Below, in pieces: positions 1 through 12,399 of a DNA stretch of 64,000 bases (position 1 is the first letter of the stretch; every line of letters begins with the position of its first letter). The DNA comes from Lama guanicoe. Its lineage: Eukaryota. The DNA is taken from NCBI GenBank assembly GCA_013239625.1, contig MU053561.1, forward strand, positions 436,826 to 500,825, given 5' to 3'. A program made the translations under genes and the position numbers. The notes under the pieces are model-generated. The model was given only the letters and a program-made list of their open reading frames with translations, was not told the DNA's origin and made no database searches.

Positions 1-1469
1 CTGCTTATCCCTGAGGGGGGCCCCTTTGAGGGGATCCTCTGTCCTCTCCCGGAGGCTGGGCAGGGCTGTCTGCTGGGGCTTTCCCACCAGTACATGAGAC
101 AGACACCTTAAAATTTCCACCTCCTGGGAAGAACTTCTCATATTTCTTCCCTTCACGAGAGTCAACTTCTTTTGCTATTTTCTCCTTCCCCGTGTGACTG
201 GACCATGATACAGAAGCCAAAAACGTGAATATTCTTTTTGATTCTTACTTCTCTCCTGCTGGAAGAATCCATTCAATCGTTAAGTCCAGCAGAGTCTGCT
301 TTATTCATATTTTTTGAAGATGTCCACTTGTGTCCTTCCCCAGAGGGTAACAGAGGTGACTGGTAAGGAGGCTCCAGGAGGGAAGTGCCTAAATGTGTGT
401 GGCAATGGTGTCACCTAGCATCACCATCGAGTGCAAATACAGTTTCAGTCTCCTTGTGTGTGAACTATGGAAGATAATCATAGAGTTACCATCCTCTGCA
501 AAATAGGGTTCTTGCGAAGACTTAATGGGCTGATTCACGCAGAGAGCCTGGAAGAGTGGCTGGCACACAGTAAGCCTTCCATAAACACTGAATTTTATGA
601 GCTCCAATGCCATTATTTCTGGCCCACTGACAACATCGCTTGACTGGATTGTTACATGAAGTTAACTGGTCTCCCTGATTCAGGCCTGGTCCTTTTTAAA
701 CCTTTCCCTGTAATGCAGACGTAATTAATTCCCTAAGAACATAATTGAAAATGTTCCTTTTGAGTCAAAAGTTCTCAACAAAATCATAAGACCCTGTAAT
801 TTATGGATTCCACAGACAACTAGTTCTTTTATATTCTGAGCAGGGATCTTGGATGGAGCTTTGCAGTCTCCTCTCTCAGCCATCACTCATACTAGAAACA
901 TATATAAACTCTTCACCTTGCTCTGAAAGCTCCTGGGTTTTGCTCTTTTCACGGATATTTTACTCTTTCTAGATTCTTCCACCACTGCACACCCACACCA
1001 GAAAATCACGCTGATCCCTGGCAACCCAAGGACACAGAGCAGAAAGAACCACCTGACCAAATGAAACTTTCCCTTGCCTGAAGCCAGGCGCTGCCCGGGG
1101 GGCGGGTGGGGATATGAGTCTGCACTGATTTTCAGTTCCGGCGCTACCCATGCCGGCTCCTGTGCGCCTTCCCTTTGCTGCAAGCACCGCAGCTGAAAAC
1201 GGAATGGTGGAATGGAAAGGTGGGCACAGTGGCCTATGAATCACCTGATTCAATCAATGAAAAACCATCAGGTGTGCCCGAGGGCCTCTAGAAACAGACT
1301 AAAGGGCACAAAATACAGCGAGTTTTTTTTTTTTAAACAAGTTCTCTTTTGTTCCTCCCCTTCTTTATTCCGTCTGTTTTGCTCACGCCACTCTCTGCCC
1401 TTCTCCTTCCCTCCTGCAAAGAGCCTCGTTCTGCAAAGAGCTTTTCATTCTCTTCTCGCTCCTTCCCTG

Positions 1470-1760
1470 GATCCTTCCACGTGCGCCTAACGGCCCCTCT
1501 CGGAAGAACTACATGCGTTGGACACGGGGGCGCGCACCTGTCGTTCGCCTGTTGTGAAAATCGGCTGCGCTGAGCCGGACCCAGCTCAGGCCAAGGCGGG
1601 CGCCCCCACACCCCGCGCTCGGGGAGCCCGGCGTCCCTGCAAGTCCGACCCGCAAGGCCACCGTTGCAGGGGCTGACTCGCCAGCGAACAGGCGATGCCA
1701 TGAGGTCAGGGAGGCCCTTCCTCTCCCACGGCCGTTCGCTCCCGGTGCTGCTCCTGGCGC
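1470..1760 (+). promoter_or_regulatory. CpG-rich promoter/5' region of ADAM30
   Basis: High GC and CpG density directly before and over the ADAM30 start. E-box CACGTG 1478-1483, MYB-type TAACGG 1488-1493 and CCGTTG 1661-1666. Function of the motifs is inferred only. Confidence 0.55.
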
Positions 1761-3853
1761 TGCTGCTGGCTGACTGTGTTGGCAAGGATCCAGTTTTCCA
1801 CCCGGAGTGGGGCTTTGATTCCTATGAAGTCACCATCCCCAAGAAGCTGAGCTTCCGACGAGAGCAGCAGGGTGTGGCCAAGCACGTGTCCTACCTCCTG
1901 CAGGTAAAAGGCAAGAACCGCGTCCTCCACCTGTGGCCCAAGAGGTTTCTGTTAGCCCGAACTCTGCAGGTTTTCTCCTTCACGGAGCAGGGGCAGCTCT
2001 GGGAGGATCACCCTTATGTACCCAGCGACTGCAACTACATGGGCTTGGTTGAAGGAAATCAGGATTCCGAGGCTACTTTAAGCACATGCACGGGGGCGCT
2101 CCGAGGCATATTGCAAATCGATGCCAGGCATTATCAAATCGAGCCCCTCAGGGCTTCTTCCACGTTTGAACATGTGGTGTATCTCCTGAAGAAAGAGCAG
2201 GAATTTCCTAGTCACATCTGTGGCTTAAGTCATGACGACACAGTAAAGCAGATGGCCCAGCAGGAGAACGTGGCTAGGATAAGCGACCTCACTGAGTCTT
2301 ACATGCACCAGAAGTACTTGGAATTAGCCCTGGTCTTCGATCACAGTAGGTATTTGTACCTGAACTCCAATCTTACTCTAGTCGTGAATGACGCCATTCT
2401 TCTGACTGCGATCGCAGACTCTTACTTTCAAGATGTCCGTATGAGAATACATCTCTTAGCCATTGAAGTGTGGACAGATGGAAACAAAATAAAAACTGAT
2501 TATGAAGAATTAACTAGTGTTTTAGGCCAATTTGTATCTTACAGAAGAACTGTACTAGATCCTCGGATTCCATCAGATTGGACACATCTCTACCTTCGAA
2601 AGACGTATAAGGATGCTCTTGCATGGTCCTGGGGAAGAGTGTGTGCTATTGGGAATTTTGGATCTGCAAGTGTTTTTTCAGATATGAATGTCCTCACACC
2701 TGCCACTTGGACTGCTCATGAACTGGGCCATAGTGTGGGAATGAACCATGATGCAGAATATTGCCAGTGTAAGGGTAGGCACAATTGCATCATGGGCACT
2801 GGACGAACTGGGTTTAGTAATTGTAGTTATGCTGAGTTTTTTGCACACGTCTATTCAGGAGCAAAGTGTCTAACTAATATCCCAGGACTAGGCTTTGTGG
2901 TTAAGAGATGTGGGAACAAAATTGTGGAAGAGGATGAGGAATGTGACTGCGGTTCAGGAGAGGACTGTAAAACAGACCAGTGTTGTCAACCAGATTGTAA
3001 ATTCAAACAAGGTGCCAATTGTAGCACTGGACTTTGCTGTCATAACTGTCACTTTCGTCCATCTGGGTACATGTGTCGGAAGGAGGAAAATGAATGTGAC
3101 CTCGCAGAGTACTGCAGTGGGACCTCAGGACTCTGCCCAAGTGACACTTACAAGCAGGATGGAACCCCTTGCAAGTACAAAGCCCGTTGTGTCAAAAAAG
3201 GCTGCCGGGACAGATTTGTACAGTGCCGAAGCATTTTTGGATCTGATTCCCTGGGGGGTCCTTTTAAGTGCTATGATGCAGTTAATGTAATAGGTGACCA
3301 ATTTGGGAACTGTGGTATTTTAGGAGCTCATCAGTATGAGACATGTACTGGAGAAAATGTATTATGTGGCAGGATACAGTGTATAAATGTCAACACCATC
3401 CCTGATATGCCAGATCATACTCTTCTAATTTCCACTCATCTGCAGGAGGAAAACCTCATGTGCTGGGGCATAGGCTACCATTTGTCCATGGTAGCTATGG
3501 GGATACCTGACCTGGGAGTGGTAAATGATGGGACCTCCTGTGGTACGGACAAGATATGTTTTAATAGAAATTGCGTGAATAGCTCAGTCCTGAAGTTTGA
3601 CTGTTTGCCTGACAAGTGCAACCACCGAGGCGTTTGCAACAATAAGAAAAACTGCCACTGCATGTATGGCTGGGCCCCTCCCTTCTGTGAGGAGGTAGGG
3701 TATGGAGGAAGCATTGACAGTGGGCCACCGGGACCTCTAAAACAGGGGGTACCCACCTCAATTCAGGTCGTGTCCTTTATGTCAATACGCCTTATTTTCT
3801 TAGTTATCTCAGTGATTGTTGTATTTTTCAGAAAAATCTTAGGAAACTTATAA
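1700..3853 (+). CDS. ADAM30: Disintegrin and metalloproteinase domain-containing protein 30, intronless, 717 aa
   Basis: Single long ORF. The true start is GCCATGA at 1700 (the track start at 1664 is TTG). It encodes a signal peptide, prodomain (FHPEWGFDSYEVTIPKKLSFR), zinc motif HELGHSVGMNHD (2717-2752) with CIMG Met-turn, disintegrin (CGNKIVEEDEECDCG...ECDLAEYC), Cys-rich and EGF-like domains and a TM helix. Sequence and adjacency to REG4 match ADAM30. Confidence 0.95.
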   Translation: MRSGRPFLSHGRSLPVLLLALLLADCVGKDPVFHPEWGFDSYEVTIPKKLSFRREQQGVAKHVSYLLQVKGKNRVLHLWPKRFLLARTLQVFSFTEQGQLWEDHPYVPSDCNYMGLVEGNQDSEATLSTCTGALRGILQIDARHYQIEPLRASSTFEHVVYLLKKEQEFPSHICGLSHDDTVKQMAQQENVARISDLTESYMHQKYLELALVFDHSRYLYLNSNLTLVVNDAILLTAIADSYFQDVRMRIHLLAIEVWTDGNKIKTDYEELTSVLGQFVSYRRTVLDPRIPSDWTHLYLRKTYKDALAWSWGRVCAIGNFGSASVFSDMNVLTPATWTAHELGHSVGMNHDAEYCQCKGRHNCIMGTGRTGFSNCSYAEFFAHVYSGAKCLTNIPGLGFVVKRCGNKIVEEDEECDCGSGEDCKTDQCCQPDCKFKQGANCSTGLCCHNCHFRPSGYMCRKEENECDLAEYCSGTSGLCPSDTYKQDGTPCKYKARCVKKGCRDRFVQCRSIFGSDSLGGPFKCYDAVNVIGDQFGNCGILGAHQYETCTGENVLCGRIQCINVNTIPDMPDHTLLISTHLQEENLMCWGIGYHLSMVAMGIPDLGVVNDGTSCGTDKICFNRNCVNSSVLKFDCLPDKCNHRGVCNNKKNCHCMYGWAPPFCEEVGYGGSIDSGPPGPLKQGVPTSIQVVSFMSIRLIFLVISVIVVFFRKILGNL

Positions 3854-4057
3854 ACCCAGAGAAAGAAACACCACAAATTAACACTGGAGTAGAATAATTC
3901 AAGGCAAAAAATGTCAAGAAACCAAAAAATAATCAGGCAATGCACAGTCACTCTGTAACCCAGGGTCATAAACTGAACGAGGTTCTCATTTATCCTAACA
4001 GCTCTTCCTTCTTCCCTCAATTCTTTAATTGAATTTTCTTTGAGGTTTTGATCAGCA

Positions 4058-4063
4058 AATAAA
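4058..4063 (+). promoter_or_regulatory. Probable ADAM30 polyadenylation signal
   Basis: AATAAA about 205 nt after the stop, followed by T/GT-rich sequence. Confidence 0.7.
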
Positions 4064-4574
4064 AAGTATTCTTGGTTTGGAAACAAATTGTTGCATTTTT
4101 GTTTCCTATTTCACTTGCCCCCTAGTTTGTGATCAAGTTCTGGATATCCTTAAAAAAATGCCCCGATGGCTTTCTGAACCCTAAAGTTGTGAGTGTCACA
4201 GAAGTACAGTGGATTTCAGAGAAGAGTCCTGCCTGTCAGTTCCCAGCAAACAAAGCCATAGTCTGCCTTTGCCTCTGCCTCCCTCAGCGTCGTCACCTGT
4301 GCCATTGCCCCATGCTGAGCCATAAATGGTGACTACCACATTTTACATACAGAAAGTGGTAGTTGACAAGGACGTCCCCAGTTAAGGACATCCTCCTGTT
4401 ATAGTCACTGCATGTTTCACTGTAGCTCCGTATATGTGTGGTCTCTGACTCACTGTTTGGGGTGACTTCAGTTGGGTTAAGGACTCTAGTCTACCTTAAC
4501 TTGTGCACTACACCACAGTCTACCACTGATGACAAGACAACTCTCGAGTGGTAGTCCTATTTTCAGGCCTTATA

Positions 4575-5116
4575 TTTTTAAGTGTACAATTTAGTAGTGT
4601 TAGAAACATCCACATTTACTTGTTGGGCATTTGTATATCCCCTTTGGAAAAATGTCTATTCATGTCCTTGCTCATTTTTAAATAGGGATATTTGTGGGTG
4701 TGGGGTTTGCTGCCAAGGTGTATGAGTCCCTTATATATTTCGGGGCATTAAGCCCTTATCAGATACATGGTTGGCAAATATTTTCTCCCAACTTGGAAGT
4801 TACCCTTTTGTTTTGTTAATTTTCCTTTTTTTTTCTTTTTCATTATTACTACAAGTTATTGAATATAGTTCCCTGTGCTATACAGTAGAAACTCATTGTC
4901 TATCTCATTTATATAAAGTAGTTAGTATCTGCACATCTCAAACTCTCAGTTTATCCCTTCACACTCTCTTTCTGTCCTGGTAACCATAAGTTTGTTTTTT
5001 CTGTCTGTGAGTCTGTTTTGTAAATGTTTCGTGTAATATTTTTTTAGAATCCACATATAAGAGATCATCATATTAAGTGAAGTAAGCCAGAAAGAGAAAG
5101 AAAAATACCAAATATG
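4575..5116 (-). mobile_element. L1 fragments: an older ORF2/3' piece plus a younger 3'UTR piece with a short inverted segment
   Basis: Reverse-complement L1 motifs (ttggaaaaatgtctattcatgtcc; aatatagttccctgtgctatacag; tagaatccacatataag) followed by a sense-oriented L1 piece at 5068-5116. Confidence 0.75.
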
Positions 5117-6859
5117 TTTTTACACTATAGATACCAAATGTAGCAGCATCTCTTTTTGTAACAAAGAGAACCTTTGGAGTTTATGAAGACTGGTAACCAT
5201 CTTCTCTTTTAGTGCCTGCCCTCTGCATCGCTAGGCACTGCTTTGGTGTTATTTTTGAAAACCAGAGCTGAGATTTTATCTAGCATTCTGGGTCTCAGAG
5301 ATTTTCACTTGAGCTTATTGGTACATTGTTCCGAAAAATCTGGTAGGATAAACTAGCCAGTGGAGACCATGGCAGTCTTACCCAATTCTTTTACTAACAT
5401 ATGGAAAACAGTATTTTCAACCCGAGCATGAATATTTTGGGGAAAATAATGGACCCATATCAAGTGTTTAAGCAAGCACATTAGCTTGCTTTTTCTGGTG
5501 GTTGCTTGTGAGAGCCCCACCGCCTGGCACCTTTTTATCACCTAACCGAGGATCAGTCTGTGGTGCAGCAACAATGAAATACTTGTTTGAAGACCAGTCA
5601 GGGTCTTTATGTGCCTTGCAATATATGTTGTTAACAGTACATGCCTGTGTTCAGTTAGTCCATACAGTATTGGGAAAACAGTAACGTACACAGACAGTAA
5701 CAATAAAGTGTACTATTGGTGATTTCTCAGGTATTGGCTCTTGCTGAAAAAGAAAACCAGTAGATCTCTGAAACTAAATTTGGCTAGTTCAGATTTCCCT
5801 TTAACACGGTTTCAGAATGCTTTTTAGACTGTGAAAATTGCCTTTGGGCTGATGCAGTTTTCCTACACAATAATTTCTTTGTTTACATCTCCCAGGCCAC
5901 TTTCCAATTTTAGTTGACATAATCTGGATCTTTTGTAAGGGATTGTTAATAACATACTCTGCTTCATGACTTCTCTATTTTGTTAATCTCTTTTAAAAAT
6001 TTAATCAAATTTCCAATTATATCATTGTGAACTAGTTTTACAATGGAATAGGATCTTACTCATTGCTTTTCTTTTCCCCTTATATGTACCACTCTTGTGG
6101 ACTTATATTTTCTTTCCCCTGAGTAGAATACACTCTTTTTTATTTAGAGAACACTTTAAAATTCTGAATTTTCATCAGGATGTGCCTAGGGGTGAGGTGT
6201 GTGTGTACACGTGTGTGTTAAGTTTTTCTTTAAGGTTTTGGTAGATCTTTTGTGTCTGAGGACAAACCAGGGAAATTTGCTTATGTTTATGCTATTTCAT
6301 ATGTTATGTTACCCATATTCCTTCAGTGTGTTCAATCCTTCCTTCTAGAACTCGTATTAGTCTTCATTTACTTCCTTCTATGCCTTTTTTTCTTTTTTCC
6401 TTGTAATAGGAGCCGTTACCTGTTCTGTGCTTGGACAAAGATCTCAGCTTGATCTCTAAGCTCACTTATTTACTGTTCAGTCATGGCCACTTTGCCATTC
6501 AGTTCTTGCTAGTTGATAGTTGATATTGGGAAATTAGTTAAACTTTCCATGCATAATTTTGTCACCTGTGAAATAAAGGTAGTAATAGCACCTTTCTCAA
6601 AAGTTTGTTGTGAAGCATAAATGAATTAATACACATCAGGCACTGAGAACAGAACAGAGCAAGCCTCAATAAACGTTTTGATTTTTAGTGCTATGTCTAT
6701 CCTGTGCTTCTGCTGAACTTTAAGTTTGGGCTATTTTAATGTTTGGTATCTGAGTGCTTTTTTTCATAGCAGCCCGTTCTTGTGGGATTAGTGTAATTGC
6801 TTCTCAGGTATCTCTGAGGATATATCTATTTTTATATAACCTTCTCTTTTCTTCATTAA

Positions 6860-8080
6860 ATATAAAAGCTAAAACTATAAACGTCTAGAAGAAAAGTAAG
6901 GAGAAAATCTGTGTCACTTTGAATTAAGCAATGATTTCTTATATTAGAAACAAAATGGGCATACCATTAAGGTAAAAAAAATTACAAACTGGACATCATC
7001 AGAATTTAAAACTCATGATATGTGTATATGTCCATGTATGACTGAAAAATTGTACTGAACACTGGAATTTGACACAACACTGTAAAATGATTATGAATCA
7101 ATAAAAATGTTAAAAAAAAACTCATGATATTTGAAAGATTCCATCAAGAAAACAAAAAGTTAAGCCATAGGTAATATCCACTATATATCTCTGAAAAAAT
7201 AACTTGTATCGTAATCATATAAAATCTTCTAACAACTAAGTAAAATTAAGACAACTCAAAGATGGGTCAGATATGTCAACAGGTATACACAAAAGAAGAT
7301 ATATAAAAATAATGAGCACGTGGAAAGATGCTGAAAGCCATTAGCCATCAGGAAAATGAAAACCACAATAAGACATCCCTCCACATCAGCTAGAATGGCT
7401 AAAATTAAAACTATTGATAACATCAAGTGTTGAGACGGGAGTACGTAGAACAACTGGAGCTCCGTGCATTGTTGATGAAAGTGTAAAACGTTACAATCAC
7501 TTTGGAAAAAAGTTTGGTCACTGCTAATAAAGATGGGCACATGCTTATCATGTGACCCATCAATGAGACTCAAGAAAATATAAAAACATAATTCTACAAA
7601 AAGACATGTACACAAATGTTCAGAGCTTCTTTGCTCACAGTAAGACCCAAATAGAAACAATCAAAATATCCATTAACAAGTGAATATTAAAACAAATTGT
7701 TGTATAGTTGTATAATGGGCATCACTCAGCAATCAAAGGAACAAACTACTGATAACAGCAATAACATGGAAGAATTCTTAAACCTGTTAAACTGAGCAAA
7801 AGAAGCCAGATAGCAAAGGATGTATAGCATGTGAATCCATTTGTATGAATGTTAGAACAGACAAAGCTAATCTGTAGTGACAAAAATGAAATCAGTATTT
7901 GCTTGGGTGAAGAATTGTCTGCCAACAGGGATAAAGGAACTTTGTGGATGATGGAAATGTCCAGATTTTGACTGAGGTGGTGGTTACACCAGTGTATACA
8001 TTTGTCAAAATTTGTTAAATCTTCGTACACTTTAAAGGTGCATTTTTTATGCTTAAATTGTATGTCATGAAGGTGATTAA
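6860..8080 (+). mobile_element. Old L1 (L1M-type) ORF2 end and 3'UTR, degenerate
   Basis: Typical motifs (ttagccatcaggaaaatgaaaaccacaataagac; gtgtatacatttgtcaaaa); many stop codons. Confidence 0.75.
7022..7116 (+). mobile_element. Young 5'-truncated L1 3' end nested in the older L1
   Basis: About 95 bp ending in aataaaaatgttaaaaaa, flanked by a perfect 14-bp TSD aaaactcatgatat (7008-7021 and 7117-7130). Same family as 10735-10910. Confidence 0.8.
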
Positions 8081-8095
8081 GAGCAATAGTATGGT

Positions 8096-9640
8096 GAATT
8101 GTGTTAGGAAAACTGGAGAGCTACATGCTAAAGAATCAAACTGGACTACTTTGTCACACCGCATGCAAAAATACACTCAAAGTGGATTAAAGACTTAAAT
8201 ATAAGACCTGAAACCATAAAACTCCCAGGAGAAAATATAGGCAGTATGATCTTTGACATAAGTTTTAGTAGTTTTTTTTTTTATCTATCTCCTCAGGCAA
8301 GGGAAACAAAAGCAAAAATAAATAAATGGGACTACTTCAAACTAAAAAGCTTTTGCACAGTGAAGGGAACTACCAACAAAATGAAAAGGCAGCCTATTAA
8401 GTTGGAGAAGATATTTGCAAATGACAGATCCGATAAGGAATTAATATTCAAAATATGCAAAGAACTTATACAAATCAACATCAAAAACAAACAAACAATG
8501 CAATTGAAAAACAGGCAGAGGACCCAAGTAGACATTTTTCTGAAGAAGACATACGATAGCCAATGGACACATGAGAAGATGCTCAACATCCCTAATCATC
8601 AGGGAAATGCAAATCAAAACCACAATGAGATATCACCTCAAACCTATCAGAATGGCTCCATCAAAATGACAACAAATAACAAATGTTGGTGATGATGTGG
8701 CGAAAAGGGAATCCTTATGAACTGTTGGTGGGATTGTAAATTGGTTCAGCTATTATGGAAAACAGTATAGAAGTTACTCAAAAAAATTAAAAATTAAACT
8801 GCCTGATAATTCAGCAATTAAATTCTGGGTATATACCCAAAGAAGACAAAAACACTAATTTGAAAAGACACATGCACTCCAATGTTCATTACAGCATTAT
8901 TTATAGTAGCCAGATATGGAAGAAACCTGTGCCCATCAATAGATGAATGGATAAAGAAGACATGGTATATATGTATATGAATATATGAATATTACTCTCG
9001 CCATTTGCGACAACATGGATGGATATAGACGGTATTATGCTAAATGAAATAAGTCAGACAGAGAAAGACAAATACCACACGATCTCACTTATATGTGGAA
9101 TCTAAACAACAAAACAAACACGAAGACACCCAGCCTCCCTGAACAGTTAGCACAATTCTTGGATATGCCTAGAGAACCAAGAATAGATGGAGAGATTAGA
9201 ACAATTCTAAGACTTAGATTCAGGACTTGGAAAACGTATTATTTGTAGTGTTACTTGAAATAAGTTGATGTCCTGTATGCCTTGGTGAATAAATGCTAAG
9301 ATTTTTAGTAAAAAAGCAAACAAAATAAAACAGACACATACCTATAGAAACAGAGAACAAATGGGTGGTTGCCAGAAGGGAGATGGGATAAGTGGTGGAC
9401 AAAATAGGTGAAAGGGATTAAAAGGTACAAACCTCCAGTTATACAGTAAATAAGTCACGAGGGTGCAATATACAGCATAAGAAATATGGTTGGTCATATT
9501 TTAATAATTGTGTATGGGACAGATGGTTACTAGACTTATCATGATGACCTTTCATAATGTGTGCAAATGTCAAGTCATTGTACAGTGCACCTGAAACTGA
9601 CATAATATTGTACGTGAGCTATGTTTCAGGTTAAAAAAGG
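8096..9640 (+). mobile_element. 5'-truncated L1 (ORF2 C-terminus plus 3'UTR)
   Basis: ORF 8246-8692 reads KAKINKWDYFKLKSFCT (L1 ORF2). Flanked by direct repeat caatagtatggt (8084-8095 and 9643-9654). Confidence 0.9.
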
Positions 9641-10039
9641 AACAATAGTATGGTATTAGCATATAGATAGACAAGTGGAAATGTATAGACAGCTCAGAAG
9701 TAGATCACAGCCCATAAAAATTGATATCTCAAATAAGTAGGAAAATGATTTTTTAAAAAAGAATCAGTGCTGGCACAATTAGGTGTCTGTTCATCTGGAG
9801 GGAAATAATGTTGGACCTCTGCCTCTTTATATGCAAAAAAGTAATTTCTAAATGGATTTATACCTTAAATATAAAATTTCAGTTTAAACATTTTAAACTT
9901 TGAAGAAAATGTAAGAAAACATATGTATAATATTGACTTGGGGACAAATTTTTCAACTAACACTGGTAACTCAAGGGATGTAAAGAAAAAAATGGTGTAT
10001 TTGATAACATTAAAGCCTTCCAATTTTTCAACATGTTAC

Positions 10040-11275
10040 ATCTCTTCATTTGTGGAGAATTTTTATTTTTTGTACATTGACTTTGAATCCCCTTATCTTG
10101 ATAAACTCTAAAATTAATACTAGTAATTTTAAGATTTCTTAGGATATTCTACATACATATTTTCTGCAGAGACAATTTTATTTCTTCATTTCCACACTTT
10201 ATTTCTTTTTTATTTCTGTTTCTTTCCTTATTAAATTGGCGAAAATCTCCAGAATAATATTGAATAGATGTGATGAGAGCAGACATCCTTACCTTGTTCC
10301 TATATTCAGTGGAAAGCATTCAGAATTCCATCATTAATTAGTATTAGCTGTACATTCTTCATAGATGCATTTTGTCAGATTAAAGAAAGTTCATCTTATT
10401 CCTAGTTTGCCAAGAGTTTGTTTATTTTTTAAAGTATGAATGAGTTTCGATTTTGTTGAATACTTTTTCTGCATCTATTGAAATGATTTGTGTAATTTTC
10501 TCTTCATTCTATTAATAGAGTGCATTATATTAATTGTTTTTCAAATGTTGGACAAACTTTGCATTTATGGATAATCCAGACCTGGTCAGGATGTGTTATA
10601 TCTTTTGAGTATGTCTGGATTTGATTTGCTAGTATTTGTAAAGTATTTCTTGCATCTATGTTTATGAGAAATATTGAGTATAATTTTTTTCTAATAAAAT
10701 CTTATCTTGTTTTGCTATTTGAATCTCTCTTTTATTTTTTTTAACTTTTTTATTGATTTATAATCATTTCACAATGTTGTGTCAAATTCCAGTGTAGAGC
10801 ACAATTTTTCAATTATACATGAACATGTATATATTCATTGTCACATTCCTTTCTCTGTGAGCTACCATAAGATCTTGTATATATTTCCCTGTGCTATACA
10901 GTATAATCTCTTATAAAATCTTTGTCAGCTTTTGGCATTAGGGTTATACTCGCCTCAAAATGAGTTGGGAAGTTTCTTCCTCTTCTAGTCCCTGAAATAA
11001 TTTACATGATATTTGTATCATTTCTTCCTTCAATAAATGAAAGAGTTTGATAGGAAATCATCTGGATTTGGATTTTGCATTGTTTTAGGTTTTTTCTTTA
11101 ATTATAATGAATGCAATTTATTTCACGTATAGAGGGAAATTATTGTTATCTATTTTCAGTTTTGGTGAATTGTATTTTTCAAGAGATTTTGTCCATTTTA
11201 TCTAAGTTGTTGCATTCATGGGCATAAAGTTGTTCATTATAAATTTTTATCATTTTAACATATATAGAATCTATT
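10040..11275 (-). mobile_element. Old L1 ORF2 fragment, antisense
   Basis: Reverse-complement ORF2 motifs (aatattgaatagatgtgatgagagcagacatccttaccttgttcc; ttttctgcatctattgaaatgat). The minus ORF ends EQLYAHECNNLDKMDK. Confidence 0.8.
10735..10910 (-). mobile_element. Young L1 3' end nested in the old L1
   Basis: Poly-T followed by tttattgatttataatcatttcacaatgttgtgtcaaattccagtg, the reverse complement of the 7022-7116 element. Confidence 0.75.
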
Positions 11276-12399
11276 ACTTCTTTTTTTTTTCTTTTTTCAA
11301 TAAACCCACTTGAATTTGATCTGGCTAGAGAGTATTTCTCCTTCATCAGAAACAAAACTGAACTGTAACAATTCCCAATAAGTGCGGAAGTCACGCCTAT
11401 CTCTTCTTTGGTTCCACTATCTCCCTTGTAAAACGAGAAGGAGGTAAAAATGACCTGTAAATTCTCCTCTGGTTCTAACATTATCAATTCTGGTTCCTTT
11501 TGAACCACCGTGCTTCTGGAAGCATATATCCTGAAGCAGCCAGTTGAATGCCTTCTGTCTAGCGCATCCAGGCCTTCCTAGGGCTGTTTCAGATAAGAGG
11601 CTTGCAGGCTGCTGTGCTTATAAACATTGAACCAACCTTATGACCATCTGTGCCATGGTCAAATGTTTGTTCTTTTGATGTGTGCATAAAGGGAGGAGAC
11701 AGACTGCAAAGGTGCATATTATAAATTCTGTCATCTAAAAAGAAGGCAAGGGCAAGACATTGCAATAAAACCATAGATTTATTCATCTGAAGGCCGAACC
11801 CCATGAAGTATGGCCATAAAATTCTTATCTAAAAAAATGTTTGGGGAATTGTTGAACAGAGGACATCATTCAAAGAGGTTTGAAGAAATTTTCTCAGCTA
11901 AGCATATGGGCTAATTAGACATAAAAATCAACAAAGAATCTATGTTTTTCTCTGGAAAAACAACTTATAGCCTTTTCCAAAAAGATTCCTTGTTTGACTC
12001 TGCACCTTGACCTGGAGACATAAATTTGATGCCCACTGGCTGCTGCTTGGCATTAACCCAGCATTCCTCTCTTTCAAATCTTCCCAAGACCTGAATTTCC
12101 CCAGATATTATATTATTTTGTTTGACTATCTTTATCTTCAAAGATTACCAAGAAGAAACAAAAATTTTATTTACCTGCCCAGGCACCGGTATAATGAGAC
12201 ATTTCCCTTCCAGTGATCCCAGGGCCTCTTATGCCCTGATCCTGGTCCTAGAATACCTCACACAATTGCCTACTCCTTGATGTCCAGGATGATGGTGGTG
12301 GTGAAAGTAAGCTTGTGTCCCATACTCATGCTTCTGAAGTCACCAGCCATGTCTTCAGATAGAAAAATGTGCGCATGTAGAAGTAGCAAAAGCTTTCTC

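Noticed and set aside
1237..1252. Palindrome tgaatca-cc-tgattca upstream of ADAM30
   Set aside because: A 7-bp arm palindrome is expected by chance in 64 kb, and there is no other support
1664..1699. N-terminal extension of ADAM30 in the ORF track (729 aa)
   Set aside because: It starts at TTG; the ATG at 1700 has a good context and directly precedes the signal peptide
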